A DNA stretch of 64,000 nt from positions 448,001 to 512,000 of the forward strand of contig OZ241875.1 of NCBI GenBank assembly GCA_965203325.1, in the 5' to 3' direction. This document shows positions 51,065 through 62,957 of the stretch, piece after piece. Position 1 is the stretch's first letter. Each line of letters opens with the position of its first letter. The position numbers were made by a program, and so were the translations under genes. The notes below the pieces were generated by a model. It saw nothing but the letters and a program-made list of their open reading frames with translations. It was not told where the DNA came from and made no database searches. The stretch is from a bacterium (GTDB taxonomy: Bacteria; UBA8248).

Positions 51065-52342
51065 TCAATATGGTTTCAGCTCCGTTCCAGAAATTGCTTT
51101 GCCCAAAAGAATTCTTGATGCCTCCTGCGCTGTTTTTTTGAATTCATTCTCTGCTGCCAGCCTCTCGCCTTTTTCCTGCAAACATCGCGCCTCGATCAAA
51201 TGCAGTGCCAGACGCACCCAAGAATCCTGACCTTCTATCGACACGGCCATGGCAGATGCCTGCTCCAAGCTTTTATTGACTTTCTCGATTTGACCTGCTT
51301 CGAGCATCAACGCTGCGTGGAGCACGTGATGATGGATATCATTCTCTCTGCGCTTGCCCGCAGAATGAACATTTGCGGCAGCTTTTTTTATCGCATTATG
51401 TGACTCCAGAGGCCCGACCGACAACGCTAACCGTTGCAAAAACTCCAACCCACCCAAAGCCTGATAGCCATTTTCCCAAGTACGAAGAGCTCGCCTCTCA
51501 CGACCTGCCGCTAACTGCGCATCACCCAACAAAAGATATGCTTTTTTTTCTTTGGCCAGATAACGCAGAGCTTGTTCTAACAATGGAATGGCGGCCTCTG
51601 TATCCGAGTTGTTGAATTTCGTCTCACCTACCGCAAGATACACGCGGCCAGCGATTTGATTGTCTTCTTGTCGATCCAAATCCGAAACATTCAATGGCGA
51701 GAGTTTCTCGCAAATTTCGACAGCAGCTTCGAGACGGCCATTTTCCAGATACATATCCCGGAGTTTTCGCAAAACTGAGGGGCTCACGCCTCTCCCTCTA
51801 CTGTTTTGCGCAAGCAACTCAAGAGCTTTTTTCACCTGGCCGGAATGATCGAGAGTCTCCGACAATCGGATAATGGAATCAGGCGAGTTGTTCGTAACAG
51901 CACGAAGTCGCTCATTCCATTGAATAGCGTCATTGGGGTTGCCGGAATCTATCGCCAAATCCGCTGCTAACCTCAAGGCAGGAATAAAATGAGGGTCATC
52001 CTTGAGTGCACGCTTAAGTTCCCTTCGAGCGCGTCTTCTTTTTCCTTGGATTCCAAGGTTTTGAGCCCTGGCAAATCGCTCTTGAGCGCGATGCAAACGT
52101 TTTTGTTTCTTTGCCATTTTCTTCCGCGAAAACCAACCGAGCGCAGCCTCGCCCCACCCTAGTACAGAAGCCAGAAACGAACCAACGAGAGCCGCTCCGA
52201 TAACCACTAGAGCTAATGGAACTCGCACTGACCAGGCATCAGTGAGACGCAGGTCTATGATTTCTCGATTGTAGTGAAGAAAATAGACAGCAGCCGCAAC
52301 CGGAAATGCCAGAATGAGGAGAGTCCGAATTTTCATTCGCAA
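51065..52342 (-). CDS. Membrane-anchored TPR protein (LapA-like N-terminus plus LapB-like TPRs)
   Basis: Two TM segments with N...I.L...VPLALVV..AAL.G, followed by TPRs; no C-terminal Cys motif. Confidence 0.65.
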   Translation of the reverse strand: MRMKIRTLLILAFPVAAAVYFLHYNREIIDLRLTDAWSVRVPLALVVIGAALVGSFLASVLGWGEAALGWFSRKKMAKKQKRLHRAQERFARAQNLGIQGKRRRARRELKRALKDDPHFIPALRLAADLAIDSGNPNDAIQWNERLRAVTNNSPDSIIRLSETLDHSGQVKKALELLAQNSRGRGVSPSVLRKLRDMYLENGRLEAAVEICEKLSPLNVSDLDRQEDNQIAGRVYLAVGETKFNNSDTEAAIPLLEQALRYLAKEKKAYLLLGDAQLAAGRERRALRTWENGYQALGGLEFLQRLALSVGPLESHNAIKKAAANVHSAGKRRENDIHHHVLHAALMLEAGQIEKVNKSLEQASAMAVSIEGQDSWVRLALHLIEARCLQEKGERLAAENEFKKTAQEASRILLGKAISGTELKPY

Positions 52343-52357
52343 CTCATCGCTCGATAC

Positions 52358-52735
52358 CTAACTACCGCCGCGCCTTTCAATTGCATTTTGAGCCGCCACT
52401 GTATAACGCGCATAGGGGATCGCTTCCAGGCGGGAATAGGGAATCGGCTCATCCGACTCCTCACATATACCATAAAGTCCATCTTCGATCCTCTGGAATG
52501 CCGCCTCCACTTCCCGCAAACGCTCCCGCTCCCTTTCTCCCAAATCCATTAAAACTTGGCGAGAATACGTGTCGGCAGCCATATCAGCTATATCTTGAGT
52601 CCCATCATCACCAATTTCTTTGGTGTGTATCTTACTTTTCTCCACATCCCCAAGTATTTCACGGCGAACTTCATTCAATCTTTCCTCTAAATCTCGCAAC
52701 TGTTTTTTAGTCAAATGCTTCACTTTGAACCTCAA
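52358..52735 (-). CDS. dksA: DksA/TraR family transcription factor (single-Cys type)
   Basis: Coiled-coil tip DIADMA; YGICEESDEPIPYSRLEAIPYA. Confidence 0.8.
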   Translation of the reverse strand: MRFKVKHLTKKQLRDLEERLNEVRREILGDVEKSKIHTKEIGDDGTQDIADMAADTYSRQVLMDLGERERERLREVEAAFQRIEDGLYGICEESDEPIPYSRLEAIPYARYTVAAQNAIERRGGS

Positions 52736-52751
52736 CTTTCATTCTGATGAC

Positions 52752-53066
52752 CTAAGCACTAGGTGCCATTGGCTTGATGACGGATGCGTGTGACCATAAA
52801 TCTTCCAATCGATAAAAATCTCGACTCTTTTCGTTGAATATATGGACAAGGAAATCACCACAATCCATCAGCACCCAATTTCCCTCTGCTAAACCTTCCG
52901 TTAAAAATACAGTATCACCTATGTTCTTAAGTTGTTCTCTTGTTGCCTCACAAAGCGCTTTCACATGTCGAAGGCTCGTTCCGTGACAAATCAAAAAAGC
53001 ATCCACCTCGACGGATAAAGGCCGAAGGTCCAAGAGCACTACGTCCATCGCTTTCTTCGCTTCCAA
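52752..53066 (-). CDS. rsfS: Ribosome silencing factor (true start probably further upstream)
   Basis: Motifs KKAMDVVLLDL, EG...WVLMDCGD..VHIF and FYRLEDLW; follows nadD. Confidence 0.92.
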   Translation of the reverse strand: MEAKKAMDVVLLDLRPLSVEVDAFLICHGTSLRHVKALCEATREQLKNIGDTVFLTEGLAEGNWVLMDCGDFLVHIFNEKSRDFYRLEDLWSHASVIKPMAPSA

Positions 53067-53130
53067 TGACTCCTGGAGTGCATGAAGCCGATTCTCTAGT
53101 TTCTTAATGGGTCTTCATCCCCCACAATAT

Positions 53131-53805
53131 TTAGCCAACATTTCCCGAATGGCCATATAACCGGCGGCGAATTATAAAGAGTTCGACCTCGCGTGGCAAT
53201 AAATGCTGTATGGAGGAAGACGTCTTGATGCACTGTCTGATCCGGGTGGCCGAAATGTCGACTTCAGGTATCGAAATGAATTTTATGATCCGCTCATTGT
53301 CTGCAAATTTGATTTCTTGTAAGGACTCATCCAGGCAATAAGCCGGCTCGATTTCTCGAATTACACGGAGAAGCGCCTCGAAATACTCTGTCGTATTTTG
53401 ATTTCCTCTCAAGGTAACAGCAAAATCGACGGCGTGTAACACCTCTTTTGGTTTGTGCCATGTGTTCAACTCAAGAAACGCATCCGCACCGATGACGAAA
53501 AACAAGTCATTTTCATCAGGTAACCGTCTCGCTAATTCTTCCAAGGTATCAAGAGTATAAGATGCCCCTCCCCGCTCTACTTCAACGGGGTCACATACAT
53601 ATGCGGGGTAATCCTCCAAAGCAATCCGAACCATTTCCAATCTATCAGCAGCCGAGGCGACTTCATCATGCGGCTTATGAGGAGGAAAAGCAGAGGGAAT
53701 GAACCTCATTTCATCAAGCATGAGCGCTTTGTGCACCTCTCCGGCAGACCGGAGGTGCCCATAGTGAATCGGGTTAAATGTCCCGCCTACAATCCCGATG
53801 CGCAA
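53131..53805 (-). CDS. nadD: Nicotinate-nucleotide adenylyltransferase
   Basis: Motifs GGTFNPIHYGH, PPHK, IGAD and ISATRIR. Confidence 0.96.
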   Translation of the reverse strand: MRIGIVGGTFNPIHYGHLRSAGEVHKALMLDEMRFIPSAFPPHKPHDEVASAADRLEMVRIALEDYPAYVCDPVEVERGGASYTLDTLEELARRLPDENDLFFVIGADAFLELNTWHKPKEVLHAVDFAVTLRGNQNTTEYFEALLRVIREIEPAYCLDESLQEIKFADNERIIKFISIPEVDISATRIRQCIKTSSSIQHLLPREVELFIIRRRLYGHSGNVG

Positions 53806-53826
53806 GCGCTCTCCTTGGTTTTTCTG

Positions 53827-54975
53827 TTATTCCTCAATCAAAACGAAATTGTTTCGGTGAATTATCTCATCGTAGTCCTTGCTTCCAAGAATCGAGGCGA
53901 TTTCCCTGGTTTGTTTCCCGGCGATTCGGGCAGCATCCTCACTTGAATAATTCGCCAGTCCGCGCCCAAAAGCCATGCCTTGCACATCTTGTATCTCCAC
54001 CACGTCACCAAACCGAAAATTTCCCCCAACAGATACGACACCACTGGGCAATAGGCTTTTCCCTCTCTTCAACATCGCGTTTACGGCACCGCTATCGAGC
54101 TTGAGCCACCCGCGAGGTTTAGCCGTTGTTCCTATCCAGCCCTTTTTCCCCTTTAAGCGCGCGCCATTCGGCACAAAAAGCGTCCCCAACTGTTCCCCCA
54201 TCACCACCCGTTCAATGACATTAGGGTCCCTGCCTTTCACGATAAGTGTGCTTATGCCCACTTTATTGAGGATGTTAACGGCCTCAACCTTCGTGCGCAT
54301 TCCCCCATGGGCAAGTGGGTTCGGACTGGTGCCTGCGACCGACGCGATTTCCTTAGGTAGACCTTCAACACGATAAATCAAACGCGCCGCTCTTGATTGC
54401 CGGGGATCTTCATCATATAAGCCCGCCACATCTGACAAGATAATGACGAGACCTGCTTGAACCATTTGTGCCGTCTGGGCGGCTAGTGTGTCGTTGTCCC
54501 CAAAACGGATTTCCTCAATGGAAACCGTATCGTTTTCGTTCACAATCGGGAGTACGCCTTTACTAACCAATGCCTCAAAGGTATTACAGGCGTTCAAGAA
54601 TCGGCTTCTCTCATCTAAATCTGAATGGATGAGCAAAACTTGCGCCGTCTCGATTCCCCTTTGTTTGAATGCACGGCCATATGCTTCCATCAAGATGGGT
54701 TGGCCAACGGCAGCGGCGGCTTGACGCTCAGGGACTGCTTTAGGAATTTCTTTAAGCCCCAGCCTTTTTACACCAGCCGCAATAGCTCCAGATGAAACAA
54801 CAACGACTTGCCGCCCCTCTTCTCGGAGTTTCGCGACTTGGGAGGCGATACGCCCCAAAACCCTTCGGTTGACACCTAGTTCATCAGATGCCGTCAAAAC
54901 CGAACTTCCCACCTTGACCACAATGCGTCGGCTTTGGAGAACAGGGTCGTCTCTTTTAATCATCGTTTCACTCAT
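53827..54975 (-). CDS. proB: Glutamate 5-kinase
   Basis: Motifs VVKVGSS, SSGAI, NEND, FGDND, plus a PUA domain. Confidence 0.97.
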   Translation of the reverse strand: MSETMIKRDDPVLQSRRIVVKVGSSVLTASDELGVNRRVLGRIASQVAKLREEGRQVVVVSSGAIAAGVKRLGLKEIPKAVPERQAAAAVGQPILMEAYGRAFKQRGIETAQVLLIHSDLDERSRFLNACNTFEALVSKGVLPIVNENDTVSIEEIRFGDNDTLAAQTAQMVQAGLVIILSDVAGLYDEDPRQSRAARLIYRVEGLPKEIASVAGTSPNPLAHGGMRTKVEAVNILNKVGISTLIVKGRDPNVIERVVMGEQLGTLFVPNGARLKGKKGWIGTTAKPRGWLKLDSGAVNAMLKRGKSLLPSGVVSVGGNFRFGDVVEIQDVQGMAFGRGLANYSSEDAARIAGKQTREIASILGSKDYDEIIHRNNFVLIEE

Positions 54976-54986
54976 TAGCTCTTTGT

Positions 54987-56301
<1,315 letters not shown>

Positions 56302-56313
56302 TTCCTAATCCTT

Positions 56314-56631
56314 TCATCCTGATCTGAGGATGTCTGTCACTTCTATTTGAGTATAAGGCTGCCTATGCCCTCGTTTGGTGCGGACTTTCTTGCGGCGTTT
56401 GAATCGAAAAGCAATAACTTTTTTCCCCCGCCCGTGCTCACGAATCACCGCTCTTACTTTGGCACTATCCAACGCCTCTTTTTCTGCAACAACATCTTCC
56501 CCATCTACGATAAGTCGGACATCCTCAAACTCGACACTTTCTCCAACATTCCCAAGCAAGCGCTCGACCAAGATTTGATCTCCTGTTTCGATGCGCATCT
56601 GTTTACCACCAGTTTCCACTACAGCATACAT
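56314..56631 (-). CDS. rplU: 50S ribosomal protein L21
   Basis: MYAVVETGGKQ...GHRQ. Confidence 0.98.
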   Translation of the reverse strand: MYAVVETGGKQMRIETGDQILVERLLGNVGESVEFEDVRLIVDGEDVVAEKEALDSAKVRAVIREHGRGKKVIAFRFKRRKKVRTKRGHRQPYTQIEVTDILRSG

Positions 56632-56780
56632 TCAAACATTCTCCTTGACGCCCAAATTATGCTTTGGTCTTAAAAATCAACTATTTCCCTAACTTCTGAC
56701 CAACGTGGAGGATATCTATCAATCCAGCCCCCAAAAGTCAATTCAAAGTCTGAACAAAATGACTATGTTTTTCATTGTTT

Positions 56781-57152
56781 TTATTCTCTTTTCTTCTTGA
56801 TCAAGCTAAACGTCACCCGTTCGGCCCGATACGATATGGTACGCCTGACAGGCAAATATCCGTTTTTTTGCACAGATACGGTAAAACCCTTAAAGACATC
56901 TGTTATGCCCACCTTGAATTTTAGGCGCAAAGGTGTTTTGCCTTGAAAAACATCATTAATGAAAACATCAGCCTGCGGTGGATTCGAGGTGATGATAAGT
57001 TGACGATCCTTGAATCCTTTAACCGGGTTTTCAACATTTCTCTCCCACCATTTACCCATTTGCTTCCTGGTTTTGGCGCAACCCGACATACTTGGAAGAA
57101 ACAAAAGGAGAATACACAAACCCAGAATAAACCTTGATGAAGTTTTACTCAT
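56781..57152 (-). CDS. PEGA-domain lipoprotein
   Basis: Lipobox-like MSGC; ITSNPPQADVFIND..GKTP; start position uncertain. Confidence 0.7.
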   Translation of the reverse strand: MSKTSSRFILGLCILLLFLPSMSGCAKTRKQMGKWWERNVENPVKGFKDRQLIITSNPPQADVFINDVFQGKTPLRLKFKVGITDVFKGFTVSVQKNGYLPVRRTISYRAERVTFSLIKKKRE

Positions 57153-57311
57153 ATCCCATTGATTCCATTTTCGGAACATGATTCCAAACCCTATGAAAAT
57201 CGCCCGACGTGAAAATGCCAAAAGCTATTCAAAACATCAGTTTAACCTGAAAACATCATGAGGAAAAACACCTCAAAATTCAGCTGCCCCCGATTTTATT
57301 GCGGCCTCTTG

Positions 57312-58235
57312 CTACGCGGGTGGTTCGCCCACCTCCTGCCCCGACCATTCCTCAAACATTTGCAGCAATTCCGTCTGGTCTGAATCCGGCCCGTATTTTT
57401 GTAAACCAAGACCATATATCTGCCGGGCATGATTGAGATAAAACGCCGCCACACCGTTTTCGCGTGCCAAATCGCTCCCCATCGAGAGGTCCTTGTGCAT
57501 CAATCCCGTTGAAAAGCCACAGGTAAAGTCCCTGGGTAGAAGAAAGCGGGGCCATTTGTCTTTGGTAGCACTATTCATGCCTGAGCCACCATTGAATACC
57601 TGAAGTGCCTTTTCGGAGTCTAAACCTAACTTCGATGCTAAAACCATGGCCTCCATAGATGCGAGCAGACTCGTGGCCGATAGAAAGTTATTTACGCATT
57701 TCATTGCATGTCCGGATTCTGGTGCTTCATTGATATGAACAATGGTTTTGCCCAATGTCTCGAAAATAGGCATCGCGGCTGCAACAATCTCTTTGGGACC
57801 GCCTGGCATGATCGCCAGAGTGGCGGCTTCTGCACCTACGACACCACCCGAAACCGGTGCACCGATAAGGTGTAGACCCTTGGCTTCCAGACGTGACGCA
57901 AGAACGCTCGTCCTCGTGGGATAGGAGGAACTCATATCGATTATCAATTTTTCCTTATCCAGATGCGTGGATATCCCATCCGGTCCATCGACCACTGCAT
58001 CCACGACATCGCTATCAGGCAACATTGTGATGACGACATCGACCCGCCTGGCGAGGTCGGCCAAGCTTTCTGCTCCTTGCACGCCATCATCCCTCAAGGC
58101 CGCGACATTGTCCGGCCTCGTGTCATAGGCCACGACCGCGTAGTCACCACGCCTCAAATTTTTCGACATAGGCGTTCCCATCTTACCGATTCCGACAAAA
58201 CCGATAGTAACGCTTCCTGGTTCTAGAGTTTTCAT
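57312..58235 (-). CDS. 3-hydroxyisobutyrate dehydrogenase-family oxidoreductase
   Basis: Motifs GFVGIGKMG, APVSGG, KCVNN and KDL. Confidence 0.9.
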   Translation of the reverse strand: MKTLEPGSVTIGFVGIGKMGTPMSKNLRRGDYAVVAYDTRPDNVAALRDDGVQGAESLADLARRVDVVITMLPDSDVVDAVVDGPDGISTHLDKEKLIIDMSSSYPTRTSVLASRLEAKGLHLIGAPVSGGVVGAEAATLAIMPGGPKEIVAAAMPIFETLGKTIVHINEAPESGHAMKCVNNFLSATSLLASMEAMVLASKLGLDSEKALQVFNGGSGMNSATKDKWPRFLLPRDFTCGFSTGLMHKDLSMGSDLARENGVAAFYLNHARQIYGLGLQKYGPDSDQTELLQMFEEWSGQEVGEPPA

Positions 58236-58411
58236 AATTACCTCGCTGTCTGGATGAAATTTTTTATTGAAGACACCGCCATGCGTGAGGATGTTTTCAT
58301 TCGCTCGAAGGTTTTTGTCAATCCCCGGATGGAGTGGTAAGCTTTTCAGGAATTTCAAGCTTTTCTCATCAATCCGCCCCTTTTTCCATATGCCGCGCAA
58401 GGAGAACCAAA

Positions 58412-59137
58412 ATGGCGCCGATTTCGGCGGACGAGGTAGTATGTTATCTGGAAGAGAATCCTGGTTTTTTCATCGAACATCCGGATTCGCTTCGCCAAAG
58501 CGGCCTGCTGACACAAGACAGCACTTCAGCCAGGGTCCTGAACTTGCGAGCCAAACTTTTTGACCGCCTAAAAGGCGAAAGAGAGGATTTGATACGTCTT
58601 CTCGATGAAACGATAGAAATCGTTCGCCAAAATGAACAAATCGAAAAGGACTTCATCGCAATTGAACAACTTCTCTTTGAGCAAGCACCTTCATTGGCCA
58701 GCCTTACGGAAATCGTAAAGAACATCGAATCGCGCTTTGGAATTGAATACGCGGGCTTTTTACTTCTGGAACCTATCGATGGCATTCCGGTTATCGCGGC
58801 AAAATCTGACGAATCATCCCGCATCCGCCCATTAGGCAAAATAGAAGAAGAACTCGTCCCCATAAAAGGGGGCGTTGCGCTGAAAGGCAAATTGGAGGGA
58901 GGCGGGGGACCCTTGTTCCCAAGTGCATTGAGCGAAAGAATACAATCGTCCGCTATTGTGCCTTTAGAAATCCATGAGAAAAAAATTGGTTTTCTCATAT
59001 TGGGTTCAAAAGACCCCGAGCGATATCAGGAAGGGATGGCGACCCACCTCCTCCGGCGCCTTGCAATGCGTTTGGCTTTGGGTATTTCCATCTTTCAGCG
59101 ATTCAACAATGGAAAAACAGCACAATCGACTCTTTGA
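58412..59137 (+). CDS. DUF484 (YigA-like) family protein
   Basis: V..YL.ENP.FF..HP and LGSKDPERY..GMAT; RBS AGGAG. Confidence 0.82.
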   Translation: MAPISADEVVCYLEENPGFFIEHPDSLRQSGLLTQDSTSARVLNLRAKLFDRLKGEREDLIRLLDETIEIVRQNEQIEKDFIAIEQLLFEQAPSLASLTEIVKNIESRFGIEYAGFLLLEPIDGIPVIAAKSDESSRIRPLGKIEEELVPIKGGVALKGKLEGGGGPLFPSALSERIQSSAIVPLEIHEKKIGFLILGSKDPERYQEGMATHLLRRLAMRLALGISIFQRFNNGKTAQSTL

Positions 59138-59184
59138 ATCAAAGCGCTCGATTCGCCATGTTCTCCTTTCCCACTAATAAATCA

Positions 59185-60576
59185 TCAGGCTGGAACCCCC
59201 TGCGTTTTGGACGCAAGTTCCATGACCTCGGAGATACTGCTCAGATTTTCCAGGTTCCTGACCCGATCGATGAGCAAATCACCCGTTTCCTTTTCGAGCA
59301 CAGGGGCCGTCATCACGCGGAATCTTTCGATTAACTCATCCCACGTCAACGGATTGCGTGAATCCCCCTTGGGATAATCCTGATGCGCTTCGAAAACGCC
59401 GCGATCAGTCTCGATTTCGACACGCGCTTGCCATTTGTCCGGAAATTCCTTTTCCATTTCCGCATCGCCGTAGCATTCAATTTTCTTGATAATGGAGGAG
59501 TAGACCTGAGAACGAAGGAAATCGTCGGCATACTCATCCAGCCCCGCAGCGCGCCTGAGAATCGCTACCGCCACGGCGTATTGAAGGCTGAACTGCGCAT
59601 CAACGATGTTTTGCGGATTCGTTTTCATATCATAGGGTTCGATGACCACCATGACGCTCGTCTCCGGAACCCGGACTTTCACCCGTCTGATTTCCTCAGG
59701 CTGAATATCATGTGCTCTGCAAACTTCGATTGTCGCGTCAATGGAAGCGTGGTTATAGCGACAACAAGCGTAGGGCTTTATGGCACTCTCGCAGATTTCC
59801 CAGTACTCACCAAAGTGCTCCACAACATACTCGGGCGTATAGTCATCACTATGGCCATGCAAAAATCCCGTTTTCCCGCCCAGAATATCTTCCGGCCCCG
59901 TATAACCCTCCTGGGCCAGATAGGCGGCGATGATACCGCTATGCGCCGCCCATCCCGGGTGAAACCTCTTCGTCCAGGCGCCGTTATCGAGATATTGCAT
60001 CGATCCCGCCGCCTGGCTGCCCGAGATGCCCATGGCATTGGAGGTGGCCTCGACCGAGAACCCCAGAAGCTTCGATGCCGTGATCGCGGAGGCGAAAGTG
60101 CCGCATGTGCCCGTGGGATGGAACCCGCGCTCATAGTGGCTCGTCGGGTTCACGGCATTTCCGATGCGATTGGTGACTTCATAACCCGCCACGATAGCGG
60201 CGATTACCCGCTTCGGATCAGGCTGATGCGCCTCGGCAACGGCTAACGTACTGGGCATGACGCTGACGGCAGGATGCAGGCTCGAGCGCGTAGTCACATC
60301 ATCCATTTCGGTAGCGTGGCTGACGCCGCCGTTCACCAGCGCGGCATGAGGGGCATCCGTTTTCAAAGCCGAACCGATAATCGTGCACGGCCCGCCCCGG
60401 GGAGCGCGCTTTTGGGCGAAATTATGAAATACCCGCGAACTGGCCGCTTCCACAGCTCTCAACGTAACGCCGAGGTGATCGAGCAGGAAATACTTTGCGC
60501 GCTCTCTGGCCTCATCGGGCAGAGAATCGTATGTAATGGCGTGAACGTGCTCGACGAGCATTCGGCTGATATTCAT
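59185..60576 (-). CDS. MmgE/PrpD family protein
   Basis: Motifs HATEMDD, GFHPTG, KRFHPG, KPYACC and AQFS. Confidence 0.92.
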   Translation of the reverse strand: MNISRMLVEHVHAITYDSLPDEARERAKYFLLDHLGVTLRAVEAASSRVFHNFAQKRAPRGGPCTIIGSALKTDAPHAALVNGGVSHATEMDDVTTRSSLHPAVSVMPSTLAVAEAHQPDPKRVIAAIVAGYEVTNRIGNAVNPTSHYERGFHPTGTCGTFASAITASKLLGFSVEATSNAMGISGSQAAGSMQYLDNGAWTKRFHPGWAAHSGIIAAYLAQEGYTGPEDILGGKTGFLHGHSDDYTPEYVVEHFGEYWEICESAIKPYACCRYNHASIDATIEVCRAHDIQPEEIRRVKVRVPETSVMVVIEPYDMKTNPQNIVDAQFSLQYAVAVAILRRAAGLDEYADDFLRSQVYSSIIKKIECYGDAEMEKEFPDKWQARVEIETDRGVFEAHQDYPKGDSRNPLTWDELIERFRVMTAPVLEKETGDLLIDRVRNLENLSSISEVMELASKTQGVPA

Positions 60577-60810
60577 TCGAACATCTCCTTCAGTAGAAGC
60601 CGGCAAGTAGTTTTGAGTCGTAAGCCCGCGGCTGCGCAGGCATTTTTCTCTATCCGGAAATCATACCAGAACTGGCTATATCCTGCCTCAACGCAAGAGC
60701 GGGAAATACGACTCATCCCCCCTCGGGCCACGGATGCGTTTGTCACAGGACATGGCTTGCGGATAGAATTTCCATCACTTCTGCATTCTCATCCATCCTG
60801 GAGGCATGAC

Positions 60811-61155
60811 ATGCAATCCTGCGTCTTTTGCAAAATCGTAGCCGGCGAGATCCCCTGCAAAAAAGTGTATGAAGACGACGCATTGTTTGCATTTGAAGAC
60901 GCCAACCCTGCGGCGCCCACACATATTCTGATCATCCCCAAAAGACACATGGAGACGCTCCACGAAATACAGGATGCGGACAAGGAGTTGATCGGCTCGA
61001 TTTTCGTCGTTGCGAACGAAATCGCCCGGAAACGCGGAATCGCGCAAGATGGTTTTCGAATCGTCGCGAATTGCGGAGAAAACGGGGGCCAAACGGTCTT
61101 TCACATCCACTTTCACCTCCTGGGCGGGCGCCGCATGGAATGGCCGCCGGGCTAG
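60811..61155 (+). CDS. hinT: Histidine triad nucleotide-binding protein
   Basis: CVFCKI...GQTVFHIHFHLLGGR..WPPG; RBS GGAGG. Confidence 0.95.
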   Translation: MQSCVFCKIVAGEIPCKKVYEDDALFAFEDANPAAPTHILIIPKRHMETLHEIQDADKELIGSIFVVANEIARKRGIAQDGFRIVANCGENGGQTVFHIHFHLLGGRRMEWPPG

Positions 61156-61264
61156 CAGTCGCATCGCGCGTGAAGTCGTGCAACGGAATGGCGCAGCCGG
61201 TGAACCCGCCGAGCCGCAAGGCGCCTGATGCAAAATCGCCGGAATGCCGGCGCCCTCATGGAAC

Positions 61265-61894
61265 CTACATGACGCGAAACCGCCGCTCCATGGCCCGGCT
61301 CCATTTGCTCGCGTGGTCACCGTCGAACAAAATATCCGGATCCGCAGGCGCCGTATACCAGTCTCCGCGCCTCATCTCGCTCTCCAACTGTCCGCCCCCC
61401 CAGCCGGCATAGCCGACCACGATGACGATTTTCTCGGGCCGCCTGCCCCGGGCCATGGCCCGGAGCAGCGAATCCACCGGGCTTACCGCTACATTCTCTC
61501 CCACTTTATGCGCCACACCGAGTTCTCGCTCCCTCGTATGGAGCACGAAACCGGTATCGGGCGATATCGGCCCGCCGTAGTGAATATCCACGCGGCCCAT
61601 GTCCCCCCGAGGCGCCTCGATACCGAAGCTCCTGAATAGCGCGGAGAGGGGCATTTTCTGCGCGACGCGGTTCAAGATCAGCCCGAAAGCCCCCCTTTCG
61701 CTGTGCTCCACCAAAAGAATGACGCTCCGGCGAAACCGGCCGTCCGGCATGCCGGGGCGGGCGACCAGGAGTTTCCCCTCGTGATACCCCAGGAGCGGGA
61801 GAAACGCCCCCTCCGGGTTCTTGTCCTGTTCCTGGGCGGAGGCGGACATGGTGAAAAACAACACCACCATCGCAGCGAGAAGGATTCGCTTCAC
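61265..61894 (-). CDS. YqgE/AlgH (DUF179) family protein with N-terminal signal peptide
   Basis: Motifs LLVA.P.M.D..F, GLILNR, GGP and GYAGWGGGQLESE; GTG start just after the mnmA stop. Confidence 0.88.
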   Translation of the reverse strand: MKRILLAAMVVLFFTMSASAQEQDKNPEGAFLPLLGYHEGKLLVARPGMPDGRFRRSVILLVEHSERGAFGLILNRVAQKMPLSALFRSFGIEAPRGDMGRVDIHYGGPISPDTGFVLHTRERELGVAHKVGENVAVSPVDSLLRAMARGRRPEKIVIVVGYAGWGGGQLESEMRRGDWYTAPADPDILFDGDHASKWSRAMERRFRVM

Positions 61895-61895
61895 C

Positions 61896-62957
61896 CTAGG
61901 CCACCCAGCCCCCGCCGTAGAGCACGTCGCCGGCGTAGAAAACGGCCGCCTGCCCCGGCGCCACGGCGCCCAGGTATGCGGGGTCATGGGGCCTGACCTC
62001 GACGGTTCCATCCCCTTTGGGCTTGACGGCGCAGGCGGCGGCGCGGCCCCGGTGCCGCACCTGCACCTGCAAATCCGCGGACTCGGGGGGAATCGACCAG
62101 CGCACGTCCCGGGCCCGGAATACCTCGCGCGCGAGGGCTTCCCGTTCGCCCACCACGACGGTCGCCGAACCCGCTTCCAGTTCCACCACGTAGCGCGGGG
62201 GGCCGCCCCCCAAATCGAGGCCCCGCCTTTGCCCCACGGTGAAGTTGGTCACGCCCCCGTGCCTGCCGAGCACGTTTCCCGCGAGATCCACGATGTCGCC
62301 CGGCCTGTCGATGCCGGGTTTTTCAGATCTCAAGAAAGCGCGGTAATCATCCTTCGGCACGAAGCAAATCTCCTGGCTTTCGGGCTTCTCCGCGGTGGGG
62401 AGACCCAGTTTCCGGGCGTATTCCCTCGTTTGCTCCTTCGTGAACTCGCCCAGGGGGAACGCGGTGCGCGCGAGTTGTTCCTGCGTCATGCCGAAGAGGA
62501 AATAGGTCTGGTCCTTCTCCGCATCGAAACTCCTGGCGACGCTCAGGCGCCCGTCGACCTCCACCCTTCTCGCGTAATGGCCCGTAACGAGCACCTCCGC
62601 GCCGAACGCCACCGCGCGCTCGGCCAGGTAGTCGAACTTCACGGCCTGGTTGCACTTGACGCAGGGCACGGGCGTTCTGCCGCTCTCGTATTCTGAGATG
62701 AAGTCTGCGATCACGCTCTCGCGGAAGGATTCGCGCACGTCCATCACGTAGAAGGGGATGTCGAGCCGGGCCGCCACGGCGCGGGCATCGGCCAGGTCGC
62801 GCGGCGCGCAGCAGCCCCTGTGGAAGGACTCCTGCGCGGGCCTGTCGGCGAGGCGCAGCCCCACGCCGATGGTCTCATGGCCCGCCTCCACCATGAGGGC
62901 CGCGGCCACGGAAGAGTCCACACCGCCGCTCATCGCCACCACCACGCGCTCCGCCAT
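61896..62957 (-). CDS. mnmA: tRNA-specific 2-thiouridylase
   Basis: Motifs AMSGGVDSS, TPVPCVKCN, TGHYAR, KDQTYFL, ESQEICF and TVGQRRG. Confidence 0.97.
   Translation of the reverse strand: MAERVVVAMSGGVDSSVAAALMVEAGHETIGVGLRLADRPAQESFHRGCCAPRDLADARAVAARLDIPFYVMDVRESFRESVIADFISEYESGRTPVPCVKCNQAVKFDYLAERAVAFGAEVLVTGHYARRVEVDGRLSVARSFDAEKDQTYFLFGMTQEQLARTAFPLGEFTKEQTREYARKLGLPTAEKPESQEICFVPKDDYRAFLRSEKPGIDRPGDIVDLAGNVLGRHGGVTNFTVGQRRGLDLGGGPPRYVVELEAGSATVVVGEREALAREVFRARDVRWSIPPESADLQVQVRHRGRAAACAVKPKGDGTVEVRPHDPAYLGAVAPGQAAVFYAGDVLYGGGWVA

Noticed and set aside
52358..52735. Loss of the four-Cys zinc finger in DksA as a novelty
   Set aside because: Zinc-independent one-Cys DksA variants are already known.
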